DNA from: Halarcobacter sp. | Lineage (GTDB): Bacteria; Campylobacterota; Campylobacteria; Campylobacterales; Arcobacteraceae | Assembly (NCBI GenBank): GCA_048571215.1 | Contig: CP182352.1 | Location: 32,001-96,000 of the forward strand | Length of the DNA: 64,000 bases | Direction: 5' to 3' | Part shown: positions 11,185 to 21,294 of the stretch, one piece after another | Layout: every line of letters starts with the position of its first letter | Numbering within the stretch: the first letter of the stretch is position 1 | Made by a program: the position numbers and the translations under genes | Notes under the pieces: model-generated | Told to the model about the DNA's origin: nothing | The model's input: the letters and a program-made list of their open reading frames with translations, nothing else | Databases searched by the model: none

Positions 11185-12765
11185 CTAATCCTTTACCATC
11201 TTTCTTGCCAATATTAAAACAGATACGATACCAAATAAAACAATAAACATAGCAGGAACTGCTGATTCTATGATTTGTGCTTGTCCCACAAGCTCATGGG
11301 ATAATACAGGCAAGGTATCAAAATTAAAAGGTCTTAAAATCATTGTTAGTGGTAACTCTTTCATTGTTTCAATAAACACTACAATAAAACTTACCATAAC
11401 AGAACCCTTTATCAAAGGGAAAATCACCTTATAAAAGGTATAAAAAGAGTCTATTTGCATAGTTTTACAGGCATCATCGTAAGATAGGGGTATTTTACTA
11501 AAACCTGACTCATAATTGTTTATTGAGATTGCTATAAACCTTACAACATATCCAAAAATAATCCCAACAATAGTACCACTTATTAAAATATCAAAACTTT
11601 TATCTATGATTGAAAAGAAACTTAATATTCCAACAGCAACAACAGCCCCTGGAATTGAGTATCCTAATTTTGATATTTGTACTAGATTATCTGCAATTTT
11701 ACTTTTATGAACTCTTACATTATAAACAATAACAAAAGCTAAAATTGTAATCAAAATCGAACTAAATACTCCTAAGCCGACAGTTTGATATAAAATTGTT
11801 AAAAAGTCTTCATCTATAATCTCTTCATATGAAAGGTAAAACCAATAACTCATTTGGGTAAAAGGCAATAAAAATCCAAAGAAAAAGGGGATAAAACATG
11901 CAATAAAAGCAAATATATTTTTACTTCCATTTAGTTTTTGTTTTATAATGGGTTTAAAATCTTTCCCTTCACTTTTATATCTTTTGTTTTTTCTTTGGAA
12001 TCGTTCACAAAAAATCAATAAAAAAATAAAAAGCATTAGCATAGAGGCTAGTTTTGAAGCATCTTCAACACTTCCCATTCCAAGCCAAGTTCTAAAGATA
12101 CCAGTTACAAAAGTAGATACTCCATAATAATCCATAACACCAAAATCAGCAACAGCTTCCATAACAGCTAAAATAACACCTGCAACAATTGCTGGTCTTG
12201 ATATGGGTATTATAACCTTATAAAAGATTTGAAAGTTTGATAAGCCCATGGTTCTAGCTGCATCTATTACAGAAGATGATTCAGCTTTTAAATATGTTTT
12301 TGAGATTAGATAAACATAAGGGTAAAGTACTAAAGACATAACAATAATCGCACCCTCAATTGACATAATATCAAAAAAATAAACCTCACTTAGATTTTTA
12401 CCTAATAAGTTTAAAATAAAAGTTGTTACAGTCCCTGTTATATCAAACATTCCTCCATAAATATAGGACATAATATAAGTTGGTATTGCAAAGGGTAAAA
12501 TCAAAGCATAATGAAAAAATCTAGACCCTGTAAATTTAAAAAAAGTTGTAATATATGCTGTTGTAAATCCTAATAAAGAGGTTAAAAGCGCAACACCTAC
12601 CATGATATATAGTGAGTTATAAATATAATCAAAAAGTACAGTATCAACAAGATGTTGCCAATTCTTGCTATCTGCAAATATATTTGAGATAAGTATAAGT
12701 GCTGGTATAGAGATAAGTAGTGTTAGAAAAACACTACTTATTGTTAGTTTGTTAAATATTTTCAA
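11185..12765 (-). CDS. Fe3+ ABC transporter permease (FbpB-like)
   Basis: Duplicated permease domains; ADFGV and MKELPLTMILRPFNFDTL. Confidence 0.9.
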   Translation of the reverse strand: MKIFNKLTISSVFLTLLISIPALILISNIFADSKNWQHLVDTVLFDYIYNSLYIMVGVALLTSLLGFTTAYITTFFKFTGSRFFHYALILPFAIPTYIMSYIYGGMFDITGTVTTFILNLLGKNLSEVYFFDIMSIEGAIIVMSLVLYPYVYLISKTYLKAESSSVIDAARTMGLSNFQIFYKVIIPISRPAIVAGVILAVMEAVADFGVMDYYGVSTFVTGIFRTWLGMGSVEDASKLASMLMLFIFLLIFCERFQRKNKRYKSEGKDFKPIIKQKLNGSKNIFAFIACFIPFFFGFLLPFTQMSYWFYLSYEEIIDEDFLTILYQTVGLGVFSSILITILAFVIVYNVRVHKSKIADNLVQISKLGYSIPGAVVAVGILSFFSIIDKSFDILISGTIVGIIFGYVVRFIAISINNYESGFSKIPLSYDDACKTMQIDSFYTFYKVIFPLIKGSVMVSFIVVFIETMKELPLTMILRPFNFDTLPVLSHELVGQAQIIESAVPAMFIVLFGIVSVLILARKMVKD

Positions 12766-12774
12766 ACGGACTTC

Positions 12775-13776
12775 TTATCTCCACCCTGCCAAATCAAAGA
12801 TTCTCACAGCTTGTGCATTATATTTTCCAAGTGTATTTATAGAGATATTATCATCTTTAAACTCTCCCCAAGAAGAAACAACACTATTAAGTTTCATCCC
12901 TTTTACCACAGGATATTCAAAGTTTCCATTTGCAAATAACTCTTGGGCTTGTGGGCTAGCTAAAAACTCTATAAATTTGATTGCATTTTCTTTATTTGGA
13001 GCATACTTAGCTACACCTGCACCTGATACATTTATATGAGTTCCCCCATTTTCAAAAGTTGGGAATATGATTTTTACTTTTTTTACCGCTTCAGATTCAG
13101 AGTAATCTTTATTTCCAATCATTTTACCCACATAATATGTATTTGCAATGGCAATTTTACCAATCCCATTTGCTACAGCTTTAACTTGATATCTATCATT
13201 ACCTTTAGGTTTTCTAGCCATATTTGCTACAACACCTTTAGCCCATTTTAAAGCATATTCTTCTCCATGATGGGCAATAACAGCAGCTAGTAATGATTGA
13301 TTGTAAACATGACTTGATGATCTTACCATAATCATATTTTTATATTTATCTTTAATCAAATCCTCATAGGTATCTATTTTCACATCGCTATCTTTTGGCA
13401 CAATAAAAGCTCTAACTCTTTTTGTAAGGGCAAACCACTTATTATCCTCATCCCTTAAAGCAGCTGGAATATTTTTGATTAAATATTCAGAGTCAATTGC
13501 CTGTAATAAATCCTTTGATTTTGCTTGGTAAAGTCTTCCCGCGTCTACTGTGATTAATACATCTGCAGGTGAGTTTTTACCTTCACTTTCTAATCTTTTT
13601 ATTAGTGCATTTGCATCTGCTTTTACTACATTTACTTTTATACCTGTTTTTTCTTCAAACATTTTAAATAATTGTTTATCTGTATCATAGTGTCTGTGTG
13701 AATAAATATTTACTTCATTTGATGCATAAATTGTACAGCTTAAGGCAAGTATTGCCAAAACTAATTTTTTTATCAT
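12775..13776 (-). CDS. Fe3+ ABC transporter periplasmic binding protein (FbpA/FutA-like)
   Basis: Signal peptide, YSHRHY, ANTYY iron-ligand motif, HINVSGAGV. Confidence 0.92.
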   Translation of the reverse strand: MIKKLVLAILALSCTIYASNEVNIYSHRHYDTDKQLFKMFEEKTGIKVNVVKADANALIKRLESEGKNSPADVLITVDAGRLYQAKSKDLLQAIDSEYLIKNIPAALRDEDNKWFALTKRVRAFIVPKDSDVKIDTYEDLIKDKYKNMIMVRSSSHVYNQSLLAAVIAHHGEEYALKWAKGVVANMARKPKGNDRYQVKAVANGIGKIAIANTYYVGKMIGNKDYSESEAVKKVKIIFPTFENGGTHINVSGAGVAKYAPNKENAIKFIEFLASPQAQELFANGNFEYPVVKGMKLNSVVSSWGEFKDDNISINTLGKYNAQAVRIFDLAGWR

Positions 13777-13799
13777 ATTTTTATCCTTTAATATATCTT

Positions 13800-13865
13800 T
13801 GATAATAGTTATTGAAATTATAATTAAAACAACTTAATAACAACTTATATTAAGAACCATTATCA
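13800..13865. promoter_or_regulatory. Two Fur-box-like sites upstream of the Fe3+ ABC operon
   Basis: TGATAATAGTTATTG (13800-13814) and TAAGAACCATTATCA (13851-13865) resemble TGATAATnATTATCA. Confidence 0.55.
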
Positions 13866-13881
13866 TAATAATTTTAAAGAT

Positions 13882-13917
13882 AAAAAAAGGGAAGCAGCAA
13901 AAGCCACTTCCCTTTAG
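13882..13917 (-). terminator. Intrinsic terminator after rpsR
   Basis: AAAGGGAAG...CTTCCCTTT hairpin followed by a T-run on the minus strand. Confidence 0.75.
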
Positions 13918-13936
13918 ATATACATAAAGATAATAA

Positions 13937-14194
13937 TTATCTTGCGTATGCTGCGTCAGTTACATCTTGTGTATTAACAATATATGGAACTAATGCCATG
14001 TGTCTTGCTCTTTTAATAGCTTTTTCAACCATTTCTTGAGCATTTTTAGAGTTTCCTGTAAGTCTTCTAGGCATAATTTTACCTCTTTCACTCATAGAAA
14101 TCTTTAATAGTTCAGTATTTTTATAATCTATATACTCAATTTTCATTTCTGTATATTTACAGAATTTTTTTCCGTATTTTCTTTTTTCTGCCAT
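13937..14194 (-). CDS. rpsR: 30S ribosomal protein S18
   Basis: [31 protein letters not shown]. Confidence 0.97.
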   Translation of the reverse strand: MAEKRKYGKKFCKYTEMKIEYIDYKNTELLKISMSERGKIMPRRLTGNSKNAQEMVEKAIKRARHMALVPYIVNTQDVTDAAYAR

Positions 14195-14210
14195 TTTTTA
14201 TCCTTGTATT

Positions 14211-14714
14211 CTAAAAAGGTATTTCATCATCAATATCGATTTCAGGTATTTTTTGTTCTCTTTGTTGAGAAGAGTTCATACCACCATAATTGTTTGGTTG
14301 ACCTTGTTGAGGATTGTATTGATTGTTTTGTTGTGGTTGATTATAACCTGACTGATTGTTGTCAGCTTGGTTATTGTTTTGTGAATCTGCTTTTGAATCT
14401 AGCATTTTCATTGTATCAACTCTCAAAGCATGTCTACTTCTATTAGTACCATCTTGAGCTGTCCACTGTTCAAAAACCAATCTTCCCTCTAATAAAACTT
14501 TAGAACCTTTTCTTAGGTATTGGTTAGCAACTTCGGCACTTCTACCAAAAATATTAAAATCAAGAAAACAAACTTCTTCTTTTTGTTCACCTGTTTGAGA
14601 CTTGTATCTATGGCTTGTTGCGATTGCACTTTTTGCTAGTGCTGCACCATTTGGCATATATCTAAGTTCAATATCTCTTGTTAAGTTTCCTACCATTACT
14701 ACTTTGTTATACAT
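14211..14714 (-). CDS. ssb: Single-stranded DNA-binding protein
   Basis: NKVVMVGNLTRD and acidic DDEIPF tail. Confidence 0.97.
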   Translation of the reverse strand: MYNKVVMVGNLTRDIELRYMPNGAALAKSAIATSHRYKSQTGEQKEEVCFLDFNIFGRSAEVANQYLRKGSKVLLEGRLVFEQWTAQDGTNRSRHALRVDTMKMLDSKADSQNNNQADNNQSGYNQPQQNNQYNPQQGQPNNYGGMNSSQQREQKIPEIDIDDEIPF

Positions 14715-14735
14715 AAGACGATCCTATTGTTCTTG

Positions 14736-15092
14736 TTATTGGTTTGCTTTTTTAGCAGCCTCATCACTCATTTTTGTCCATGCAGCAATCTCTTTTTTGC
14801 TTTCATACTTGATAAAAATAAATCTCATGATATTTTCATTGATTCTGTATTGTCTTTCAACTTCTAAGATTCCACTTGGTTGACCTTTGAAATATACTAC
14901 AAAGTAGTAACCTCTTTTGTTTTTTTCAATCTCGTATGCAAGTTGTCTAGAACCCATATCGTCGCAAGCTGCGATCTCTCCACCATTTTTCTCAATGTGT
15001 GATTTAACTAAATCAATTTGAGCTTTAGTTTCCTCTTCAGTAAGAGTTGGTTTTAAAATAAACATTGTTTCATAATGTTTTAATTTTGACAT
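14736..15092 (-). CDS. rpsF: 30S ribosomal protein S6
   Basis: [19 protein letters not shown]; rpsF-ssb-rpsR order. Confidence 0.97.
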   Translation of the reverse strand: MSKLKHYETMFILKPTLTEEETKAQIDLVKSHIEKNGGEIAACDDMGSRQLAYEIEKNKRGYYFVVYFKGQPSGILEVERQYRINENIMRFIFIKYESKKEIAAWTKMSDEAAKKANQ

Positions 15093-15098
15093 CTAATT

Positions 15099-15145
15099 TC
15101 TCCTTATAGTTTGTGCCGGTATCTTTACATAGTATCAGCAAGGAT
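15099..15145 (-). promoter_or_regulatory. Probable S6:S18 ribosomal leader (autoregulatory RNA)
   Basis: Minus strand reads UCCUUGCUGAUAC...UACCGGCACAAACUAUAAGGAG: UCCUU can pair with the SD around an inner hairpin, directly 5' of rpsF. Confidence 0.55.
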
Positions 15146-15163
15146 TTTGTAAAGTCTGTGATT

Positions 15164-16144
15164 TTATCTAATTAAAACTGATATTTTTCTGAGACAAGCT
15201 TGTAAATAAAGATTTGAGTCTGGAATTTTTGAAGATTTTAACTCTAATTCAATTTTTAAGAGATAATCTAAGATCTCTAAAAAATGTTCAGGTTTTATGT
15301 TTATAGCTAGTCTACTCTTTTTTTCCCAGATATTTTTAGGAGGAATAAAACCTAAAATATCTTTTGCATTTGCACTACCATAAACTCTTGCGTAGGAGCT
15401 TATCATAAATAGTTGTTGCACAAAAGAGCTTATTTGATTTAGAAGATAAATCTCATTCATTCCCTCTTCTAATAACATTTGCAAATCTTCACTAATATCT
15501 TGAGCTGCCATTAGATTGTGTAAAAAATCTTCAAAATTTACAGCACCTATACCAAAGCAGTGTTTATTTATACTATCACTACTTATTTTTTCATCCAAAA
15601 TTGCAAGTTTTTTCAAATCATTCATACAAAGAGACAAATCTTGTCTATGCATAAAATATAGGTGATTTAATGCTGATATATCAAAAAGAATCCCCAGTTT
15701 TTTAGCCTCATTTTCAAGTAGTCTTATTGCTTCATTTTGAAATGGAGCAAACATTCGCACACTAACTGCATTTAGCTTTTGGGTAAAATATCCACCCATA
15801 GTTTTAAAATCTGTATCTCCCATACAAGCAAAAATAACTTTAGAATCGGGATTTGTAGTGCAAGCTTGTATTAAAGTTGTTACTTCATCCTTTGGAAGTT
15901 TTTTTTCTAGTTTTATCAAAAGTATATTGTTTGAAGTAAAAAGTGATGATTGCAATAGTTTATCTTTAGCGTATTTGAAATTATAATCATCAAAATATAG
16001 TTTTTCTATCTCATCAGGTGAGCCTAACATATTTGCTATTTTATTAGAATAGAAATCTATTAGAAAGTTTGATTGCCCATAAAACATATAGGCATTAAAA
16101 AGTTTATTGGAAGCTATTGCATTATCAAATTCATTTTTATACAT
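15164..16144 (-). CDS. holA: DNA polymerase III delta subunit
   Basis: AYMFYG, LLQSSLF; size and position upstream of rpsF typical of Campylobacterota. Confidence 0.82.
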   Translation of the reverse strand: MYKNEFDNAIASNKLFNAYMFYGQSNFLIDFYSNKIANMLGSPDEIEKLYFDDYNFKYAKDKLLQSSLFTSNNILLIKLEKKLPKDEVTTLIQACTTNPDSKVIFACMGDTDFKTMGGYFTQKLNAVSVRMFAPFQNEAIRLLENEAKKLGILFDISALNHLYFMHRQDLSLCMNDLKKLAILDEKISSDSINKHCFGIGAVNFEDFLHNLMAAQDISEDLQMLLEEGMNEIYLLNQISSFVQQLFMISSYARVYGSANAKDILGFIPPKNIWEKKSRLAINIKPEHFLEILDYLLKIELELKSSKIPDSNLYLQACLRKISVLIR

Positions 16145-16182
16145 GGTGTAATATTAGCTAATAATTGCTTTTTTTGTACTTT

Positions 16183-16515
16183 TTATATAGTTATATTTTC
16201 TAAAAATTCTATTTCATTATCAATTACTATAATTGCATCAATACAAAAACTAACATGTAGTTTTTTGCTTTGTAAGTAGTAATCAACACTTCTTTTTAGT
16301 TTTGATAGTTTTGAAGGGGTGATATTGTTTACAGCTATTTCATAAGTCTCTGCTGATTTAACCTCTATGAAATGGTAAGTTTCATCTTTTTTACAAATGA
16401 TATCTATCTCACCTAATTTTTTGGCGTAAAAGTTTTGTTCAAGTATTTTAAAACTTTGTGAGTTTAAAAACTCACAAGCTTTGTTTTCTGCTATATTACC
16501 TTTAGATCGGCTCAA
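16183..16515 (-). CDS. YraN (UPF0102) family protein
   Basis: GNIAE, GEIDII, FIEVK motifs. Confidence 0.88.
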   Translation of the reverse strand: MSRSKGNIAENKACEFLNSQSFKILEQNFYAKKLGEIDIICKKDETYHFIEVKSAETYEIAVNNITPSKLSKLKRSVDYYLQSKKLHVSFCIDAIIVIDNEIEFLENITI

Positions 16516-18583
16516 TTTCCACTCTAAGAGATTTAAATCTTGCAGTCATAATAAGTTCATCTGCTTCATCCCCAAAGATAAAGTTAACCTTTGAACTAGC
16601 ATGATGGAAGGTTGTAAAAAGTGTACCTGTTTTTATGGTTTTTACATATTTGACTGGCATAATAGCAGTTTCTCCATATTGGGTTCTCATAATAATATGA
16701 TCACTTCCAATTCTTTTTTTGTCATCTATTGAAGCTAAGACTACATCTTTGTCATATCTTGAATTTAAAGCTTCACTTTGAACTGTTTGGGCTGCATTGT
16801 TATAATGAACTATTGTTCTTCCTGTTGTTAGATAAAACTCATTTTTAGCAAACTCTTCATTGTTTACTAATTTTTTTACCTGCTCTCTTAGTTGGTATTG
16901 ATGATAGATAAATTTGCCTTTTCCATCTTCTGTTCTAAATTGATCTATATGTAAAATAGGGGTATCATCTTTTTTAATAGGCCATTGCATACCTCTATTT
17001 CTATTTTTTGATAGTTTATGGTAGGTTGCACCTGAATATCTAGAACCAACAGCTTCTTTTGCTTCGTTCCAAACATCTTCACTGTTTTCATATACAAATT
17101 CACCATTTATTTTATTTTCAATATCTTTTAAAACTTCCCAATCATCTGGTAAATCTGTTTCAACCAAAGGTTGAGATAGGTGAAGTCTTCTCATGGCATT
17201 TACATAAACACCAGTTTTTTCATAAGCTGATTTAACACCAAAAATTATATCTGCCATTTTTGAGATTTCATTCATAAATAGTTCATTTGAGATGATTAAC
17301 TCTAAGTTAGCTAAACCTTTATGAACTTTATTTTGATTTGGATGGATATGGGCGATATCTTCTCCCATCACATACATAGCTTTAACTTTTCCTTCAATCA
17401 TCTCATCAATTAGCTGGGGAGTCATAAGTCCTATCTCTTTTGGTACTTGATAATCTGGGTCAAAATATGGTAAACATCCTGTATCACAGGCACCTTGAAC
17501 ATTGTTTTGACCCCTTAGAGGCATAAGACCAGCTCCTGTTTTTCCGATATTCCCTGTTAGCATTGCAAGATGTGTTATAGCCATAACAGCACAACTTCCA
17601 TCAAGGTGTTCAGTTATTCCAAGTCCCCAAAAAAACATAGATTTTTTTGTAGCATAAAGTCTTGCTACTTTTGGTATTTGTTCTGCAAGTTCCTCATAAC
17701 CTTTTATTTTTTTCATATATTCAGGGTTTGCAAACTCATCATTTAGAATCGAGTCTTTGTACTCTTCAAAACCTGTACATCTTGTATCTATAAACTGGTT
17801 ATCATATAGTTTTTCATTTAAGATTACATATGCCATCATATTTAAAACTAGTAAGTTTGCTTCATATGGGATGATTAACTGTTCTCCAAATTTTGAAAGT
17901 TGGATTTTTCTTACATCTATAACTGTCAAACTTGCAGTTTTTGCCCTTGCAGCCTTAATAATCCTATTTGCCACAATAGGATGAGCTTCAGTTGTATTTG
18001 AACCCATTACTATAATATTTTCAGCCTCAAAAATATCATCATAAGGATTAGTTGCAGCACCTTCCCCTATAGTTGTTTTCATCCCTTTAAGTGAAGGTGA
18101 GTGACAAACCCTAGCACAGTTATCAACATGGGGAGAATCCATAGCAATTCTTACAAATTTTTGAAACATATAAGAGCTCTCACAAGAGGTTCGTGCCCCT
18201 CCCATCCCACAAAAAGAGTGTCTTCCATATTTCTCTTTTATCTCCATTAGTTTCCATGCTGCAAGGGAAGTTGTGAACTCATATGGAGCTTCAAAATAGT
18301 TTTCATCAAAATCTTTTAGGGTTTTAGCTCTAGCTTTAAGCTCCCTTGGTAACTCTTCGAGATTTTTTTCTATAAAGCTTTTTTTGACTCTAGCATTTCT
18401 AATTCTTTGTTCAGAGTGAACAAAATGGTAGCCTTGGGCCCCTTTGATACAAAGTTTTCCTTGGGATACATATCCATCGTTTTGGGCATAGATTTTTACA
18501 ATCTTATTATCTTCAACTTGAGCTGTTATATCACATCCTACACCACAATAAGTACAAACTGAGTTTATATCAGAAGAGTGCAT
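16502..18583 (-). CDS. Cytoplasmic molybdopterin oxidoreductase, formate dehydrogenase alpha (FdhF-like)
   Basis: CTYCGVGC...C 4Fe-4S motif, DNCARVCH (Cys ligand, not Sec), LRGQNNVQG; no Tat signal; likely start ATG 18583. Confidence 0.85.
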   Translation of the reverse strand: MHSSDINSVCTYCGVGCDITAQVEDNKIVKIYAQNDGYVSQGKLCIKGAQGYHFVHSEQRIRNARVKKSFIEKNLEELPRELKARAKTLKDFDENYFEAPYEFTTSLAAWKLMEIKEKYGRHSFCGMGGARTSCESSYMFQKFVRIAMDSPHVDNCARVCHSPSLKGMKTTIGEGAATNPYDDIFEAENIIVMGSNTTEAHPIVANRIIKAARAKTASLTVIDVRKIQLSKFGEQLIIPYEANLLVLNMMAYVILNEKLYDNQFIDTRCTGFEEYKDSILNDEFANPEYMKKIKGYEELAEQIPKVARLYATKKSMFFWGLGITEHLDGSCAVMAITHLAMLTGNIGKTGAGLMPLRGQNNVQGACDTGCLPYFDPDYQVPKEIGLMTPQLIDEMIEGKVKAMYVMGEDIAHIHPNQNKVHKGLANLELIISNELFMNEISKMADIIFGVKSAYEKTGVYVNAMRRLHLSQPLVETDLPDDWEVLKDIENKINGEFVYENSEDVWNEAKEAVGSRYSGATYHKLSKNRNRGMQWPIKKDDTPILHIDQFRTEDGKGKFIYHQYQLREQVKKLVNNEEFAKNEFYLTTGRTIVHYNNAAQTVQSEALNSRYDKDVVLASIDDKKRIGSDHIIMRTQYGETAIMPVKYVKTIKTGTLFTTFHHASSKVNFIFGDEADELIMTARFKSLRVEIEPI

Positions 18584-18584
18584 C

Positions 18585-18785
18585 TTAACCACCACCAACA
18601 AATTGTAGAAGTTCTAGTTTGTCGTCATTTACAGGTCTGTACTCTTTCCAGTTCTCTTTTTTTACTATATCCATGTTAACAGCAGCTGCCATAACTTTAT
18701 CTTCAATTTTTAGTGAAGTGATAACTTCTTGTAGAGTTATACCCTCTTGAAAATCTTTAGATTCACCATTTATAATTAGAGTCAT
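18585..18785 (-). CDS. thiS: Sulfur carrier protein ThiS
   Basis: 66 aa, INGE, AVN, C-terminal FVGGG. Confidence 0.85.
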   Translation of the reverse strand: MTLIINGESKDFQEGITLQEVITSLKIEDKVMAAAVNMDIVKKENWKEYRPVNDDKLELLQFVGGG

Positions 18786-18905
18786 CTTTACCCTCTTATT
18801 GTATTTTAAATAAAGATTTTATCAAAAATATCTTTATATTAAATCAAAGTGAAAAATTAAGTTTTAACTTGATTATCTTTGATAAAATATTTCAAAAGGA
18901 TAAAA

Positions 18906-20342
18906 ATGAAAATAGAGTTAGTTGAAGATTGTAAATATGATATTGAGCTTATTGTTTTAAAAAATTTTAAAAGTTTTCAAAAGAGTGAAAAGAAAATTCT
19001 CAAAAAAAGTGGTTTTGAAGCAAAAGAGAATCAAATAGAGCTAATAGGCAGTAGATTATTTGTAGGCATTGAGAAATTTAAAAATGAGGATATCAAAATA
19101 GCTTTTGCAAATGCAATTAAATTTTTAAAGAAAAGTAAATTTGAAAAGATAAAAATAGACCTAGCTAGGGAAAATCAAGAGTATAAGTTAGAAGATATTG
19201 TCCAAGGTTTACTTTTGGGTTCTTATGAATTTGATAAATATAAAAGCAAAAAAAGTGAAAATAAAAAAAGAATATTTATAGATATAAGTAAAAGTGCAAA
19301 ATCAAAAGAAAATTTACAAGTAGCATTAGAAAAGAGTTTAAATATTTGTTCTAGTGTAAATATGGTAAGGGATATTGTAAATACTGCACCAGAAGATTTT
19401 TATCCAAAAACTATGGCATCAAAAGCTAAAGAGATTGCAAAAAATAACAATTTGGAATGTAAAATTTATGGGGAAGAGTACTTAAAAATAAATAATTATA
19501 ATGCAATGTACGCAGTGGGTCGTGCCTCAAGACACGAATCTCAATTAATCCATCTTAATTATAAACCATCTAATCCCGCAGGTACGAGGAGAAAAAACCC
19601 AAAAGGAAAAATTGTACTTGTGGGAAAAGGATTGACATATGATTGTGGTGGATTGAGTTTGAAATCTGGTGAGGGAATGGTTTCTATGAAGTGTGATAAA
19701 AGTGGAGCAAGTGCTCTTTTAGGGATTATGAACTCTTTAAATGCAATTAATTGTGAGTATGAAGTTGATGCAATTTTAGGTGCAGTTGAGAATATGATAG
19801 GTGGTGATGCTTATAAACCTGATGATATTTTAAAAGCTAAAAATGGGGTAACAATAGAGGTTAGAAATACAGATGCCGAGGGTAGGTTAGTTTTAGCAGA
19901 TTGTTTATGTTATGCCCAAGAAAATATAAAAGATATAGATACAATCTTTGATTTTGCTACTTTAACTGGAGCTTGTATTATAGGGCTTGGAGAGTATACA
20001 AGTGCAGTTTTAGGACATAATGAAAAACTAAAAAAACAGATTAAACAAGCTTCAAAAAAATCTGGAGAGTTAGTGGGATTTTTACCCTTTAATAGATATT
20101 TACCAAATATGATAAAAAGTGAAATTGCAGATATTGTTAATTCAACTTCATCAAAAGCTGGTTCAACTATAACAGCAGCACTATTTTTAGATAAATTTAT
20201 AAAAAAAGAAAACAAGAAAAAATGGCTTCATTTTGATATAGCAGGACCTGCATATAGAGAAAAGTCATGGGGATATAATCCATATGGAGCAACAGGTGCA
20301 GCTGTTAGACTTATTTTAGAGTTTTTACAAAGGGAAAAATAG
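18906..20342 (+). CDS. pepA: Leucyl aminopeptidase (M17)
   Basis: VGKGLTYDCGG, NTDAEGRL, DFATLTGA, HFDIAG; ATG 18906 follows an AAGGA RBS. Confidence 0.93.
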   Translation: MKIELVEDCKYDIELIVLKNFKSFQKSEKKILKKSGFEAKENQIELIGSRLFVGIEKFKNEDIKIAFANAIKFLKKSKFEKIKIDLARENQEYKLEDIVQGLLLGSYEFDKYKSKKSENKKRIFIDISKSAKSKENLQVALEKSLNICSSVNMVRDIVNTAPEDFYPKTMASKAKEIAKNNNLECKIYGEEYLKINNYNAMYAVGRASRHESQLIHLNYKPSNPAGTRRKNPKGKIVLVGKGLTYDCGGLSLKSGEGMVSMKCDKSGASALLGIMNSLNAINCEYEVDAILGAVENMIGGDAYKPDDILKAKNGVTIEVRNTDAEGRLVLADCLCYAQENIKDIDTIFDFATLTGACIIGLGEYTSAVLGHNEKLKKQIKQASKKSGELVGFLPFNRYLPNMIKSEIADIVNSTSSKAGSTITAALFLDKFIKKENKKKWLHFDIAGPAYREKSWGYNPYGATGAAVRLILEFLQREK

Positions 20343-20373
20343 CAAATATAGCTATTTTTCTTTTTTTGGAAAC

Positions 20374-21294
20374 TTAGTATAGTTTTTTATTTACTATATT
20401 TTCTTTTTTATTGTAAAGATTTATAATACTTCTTTCATACTCTTGTTCAAATATTGAAAAACCTCTAATATCTTTAGGTACTTTTAAGTCTAAAACTTCA
20501 AATACATCTAAACCATTTTTTAATCCATAGTTTATATTTTTTCTAATTGTTTTTAGATATTTTATATTTTCTTCTATAGCTTTTTTATTTTCAAAAACCA
20601 AACCATGCCCAGGGAAACAAAGTTTAAAATCTATATTTTTTAATTTATTTAAGCTTTCAATCCATTTATCCAAATTTGCATGGGGCGTTGCTAAAGCTCT
20701 ATGGTTAAATACTAAATCAGAAGCATATAAGATTTTTGTATTTTCATCATAGATTACTAAATCATCTTCAGTATGACCACTTAGATAAATAAAGTGAAGT
20801 TTATATCCATCAAAGTCCATAACTTTTTTATTAAGTATCTTATCAACTTTTTTTACTGAGGTATCAGTCATTGCCGAACCCACTAAATTTACAAGGTTTT
20901 CAATATATAAATTTCCATTTGTTTCAATCTCATCTGCTGTAAATTGTGTAGCAAAGATAGTGCTATCTTTAAAGGCATTATTTCCTAAAAAATGATCTGG
21001 ATGATGATGGGTATTTATCACATATTTTATAGGTTTGTTTGTAACTTTTGCAATAGCTTTTTTTAATTGTTTTCCATAATTAAAAGAGCTTCCTGTATCT
21101 ATTAAAATGACACTTTTATCAGTTTCAATAAAAGCAGTATTTGAAATATTTCCTCCATTTTTATTAGAAAAATACTCCTCCTTTCCATAGAAATAGTAGC
21201 TATTATTAGAAAGTTTTATGGGTTTTAATTTATAGTTAAACTCTTTTGATAATAAAGGTATAAAACAAATTAACAGGCTTATTAAGAGTCTCAT
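20374..21294 (-). CDS. Quinoprotein-associated periplasmic metallo-beta-lactamase-fold hydrolase
   Basis: Signal peptide, NGGNISN, THHHPDH, GHT, PGHG; adjacent to a SoxYZ-like carrier. Confidence 0.85.
   Translation of the reverse strand: MRLLISLLICFIPLLSKEFNYKLKPIKLSNNSYYFYGKEEYFSNKNGGNISNTAFIETDKSVILIDTGSSFNYGKQLKKAIAKVTNKPIKYVINTHHHPDHFLGNNAFKDSTIFATQFTADEIETNGNLYIENLVNLVGSAMTDTSVKKVDKILNKKVMDFDGYKLHFIYLSGHTEDDLVIYDENTKILYASDLVFNHRALATPHANLDKWIESLNKLKNIDFKLCFPGHGLVFENKKAIEENIKYLKTIRKNINYGLKNGLDVFEVLDLKVPKDIRGFSIFEQEYERSIINLYNKKENIVNKKLY

Noticed and set aside
10182..13776. Fe3+ ABC transporter as a lanthanide importer
   Set aside because: Typical FbpA/FutA Tyr ligands and Fur-like boxes; no regulon motif.
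16502..18583. Fdh-like enzyme as part of the alcohol island (methanol to CO2 route)
   Set aside because: No regulon box upstream, separated from the island by pepA, embedded with housekeeping genes; the ADH is PedH-type rather than XoxF-type.
18906..20342. PepA as the missing PqqA-processing protease
   Set aside because: Ordinary housekeeping M17 peptidase, convergent to the island and lacking the box; adjacency is the only evidence.
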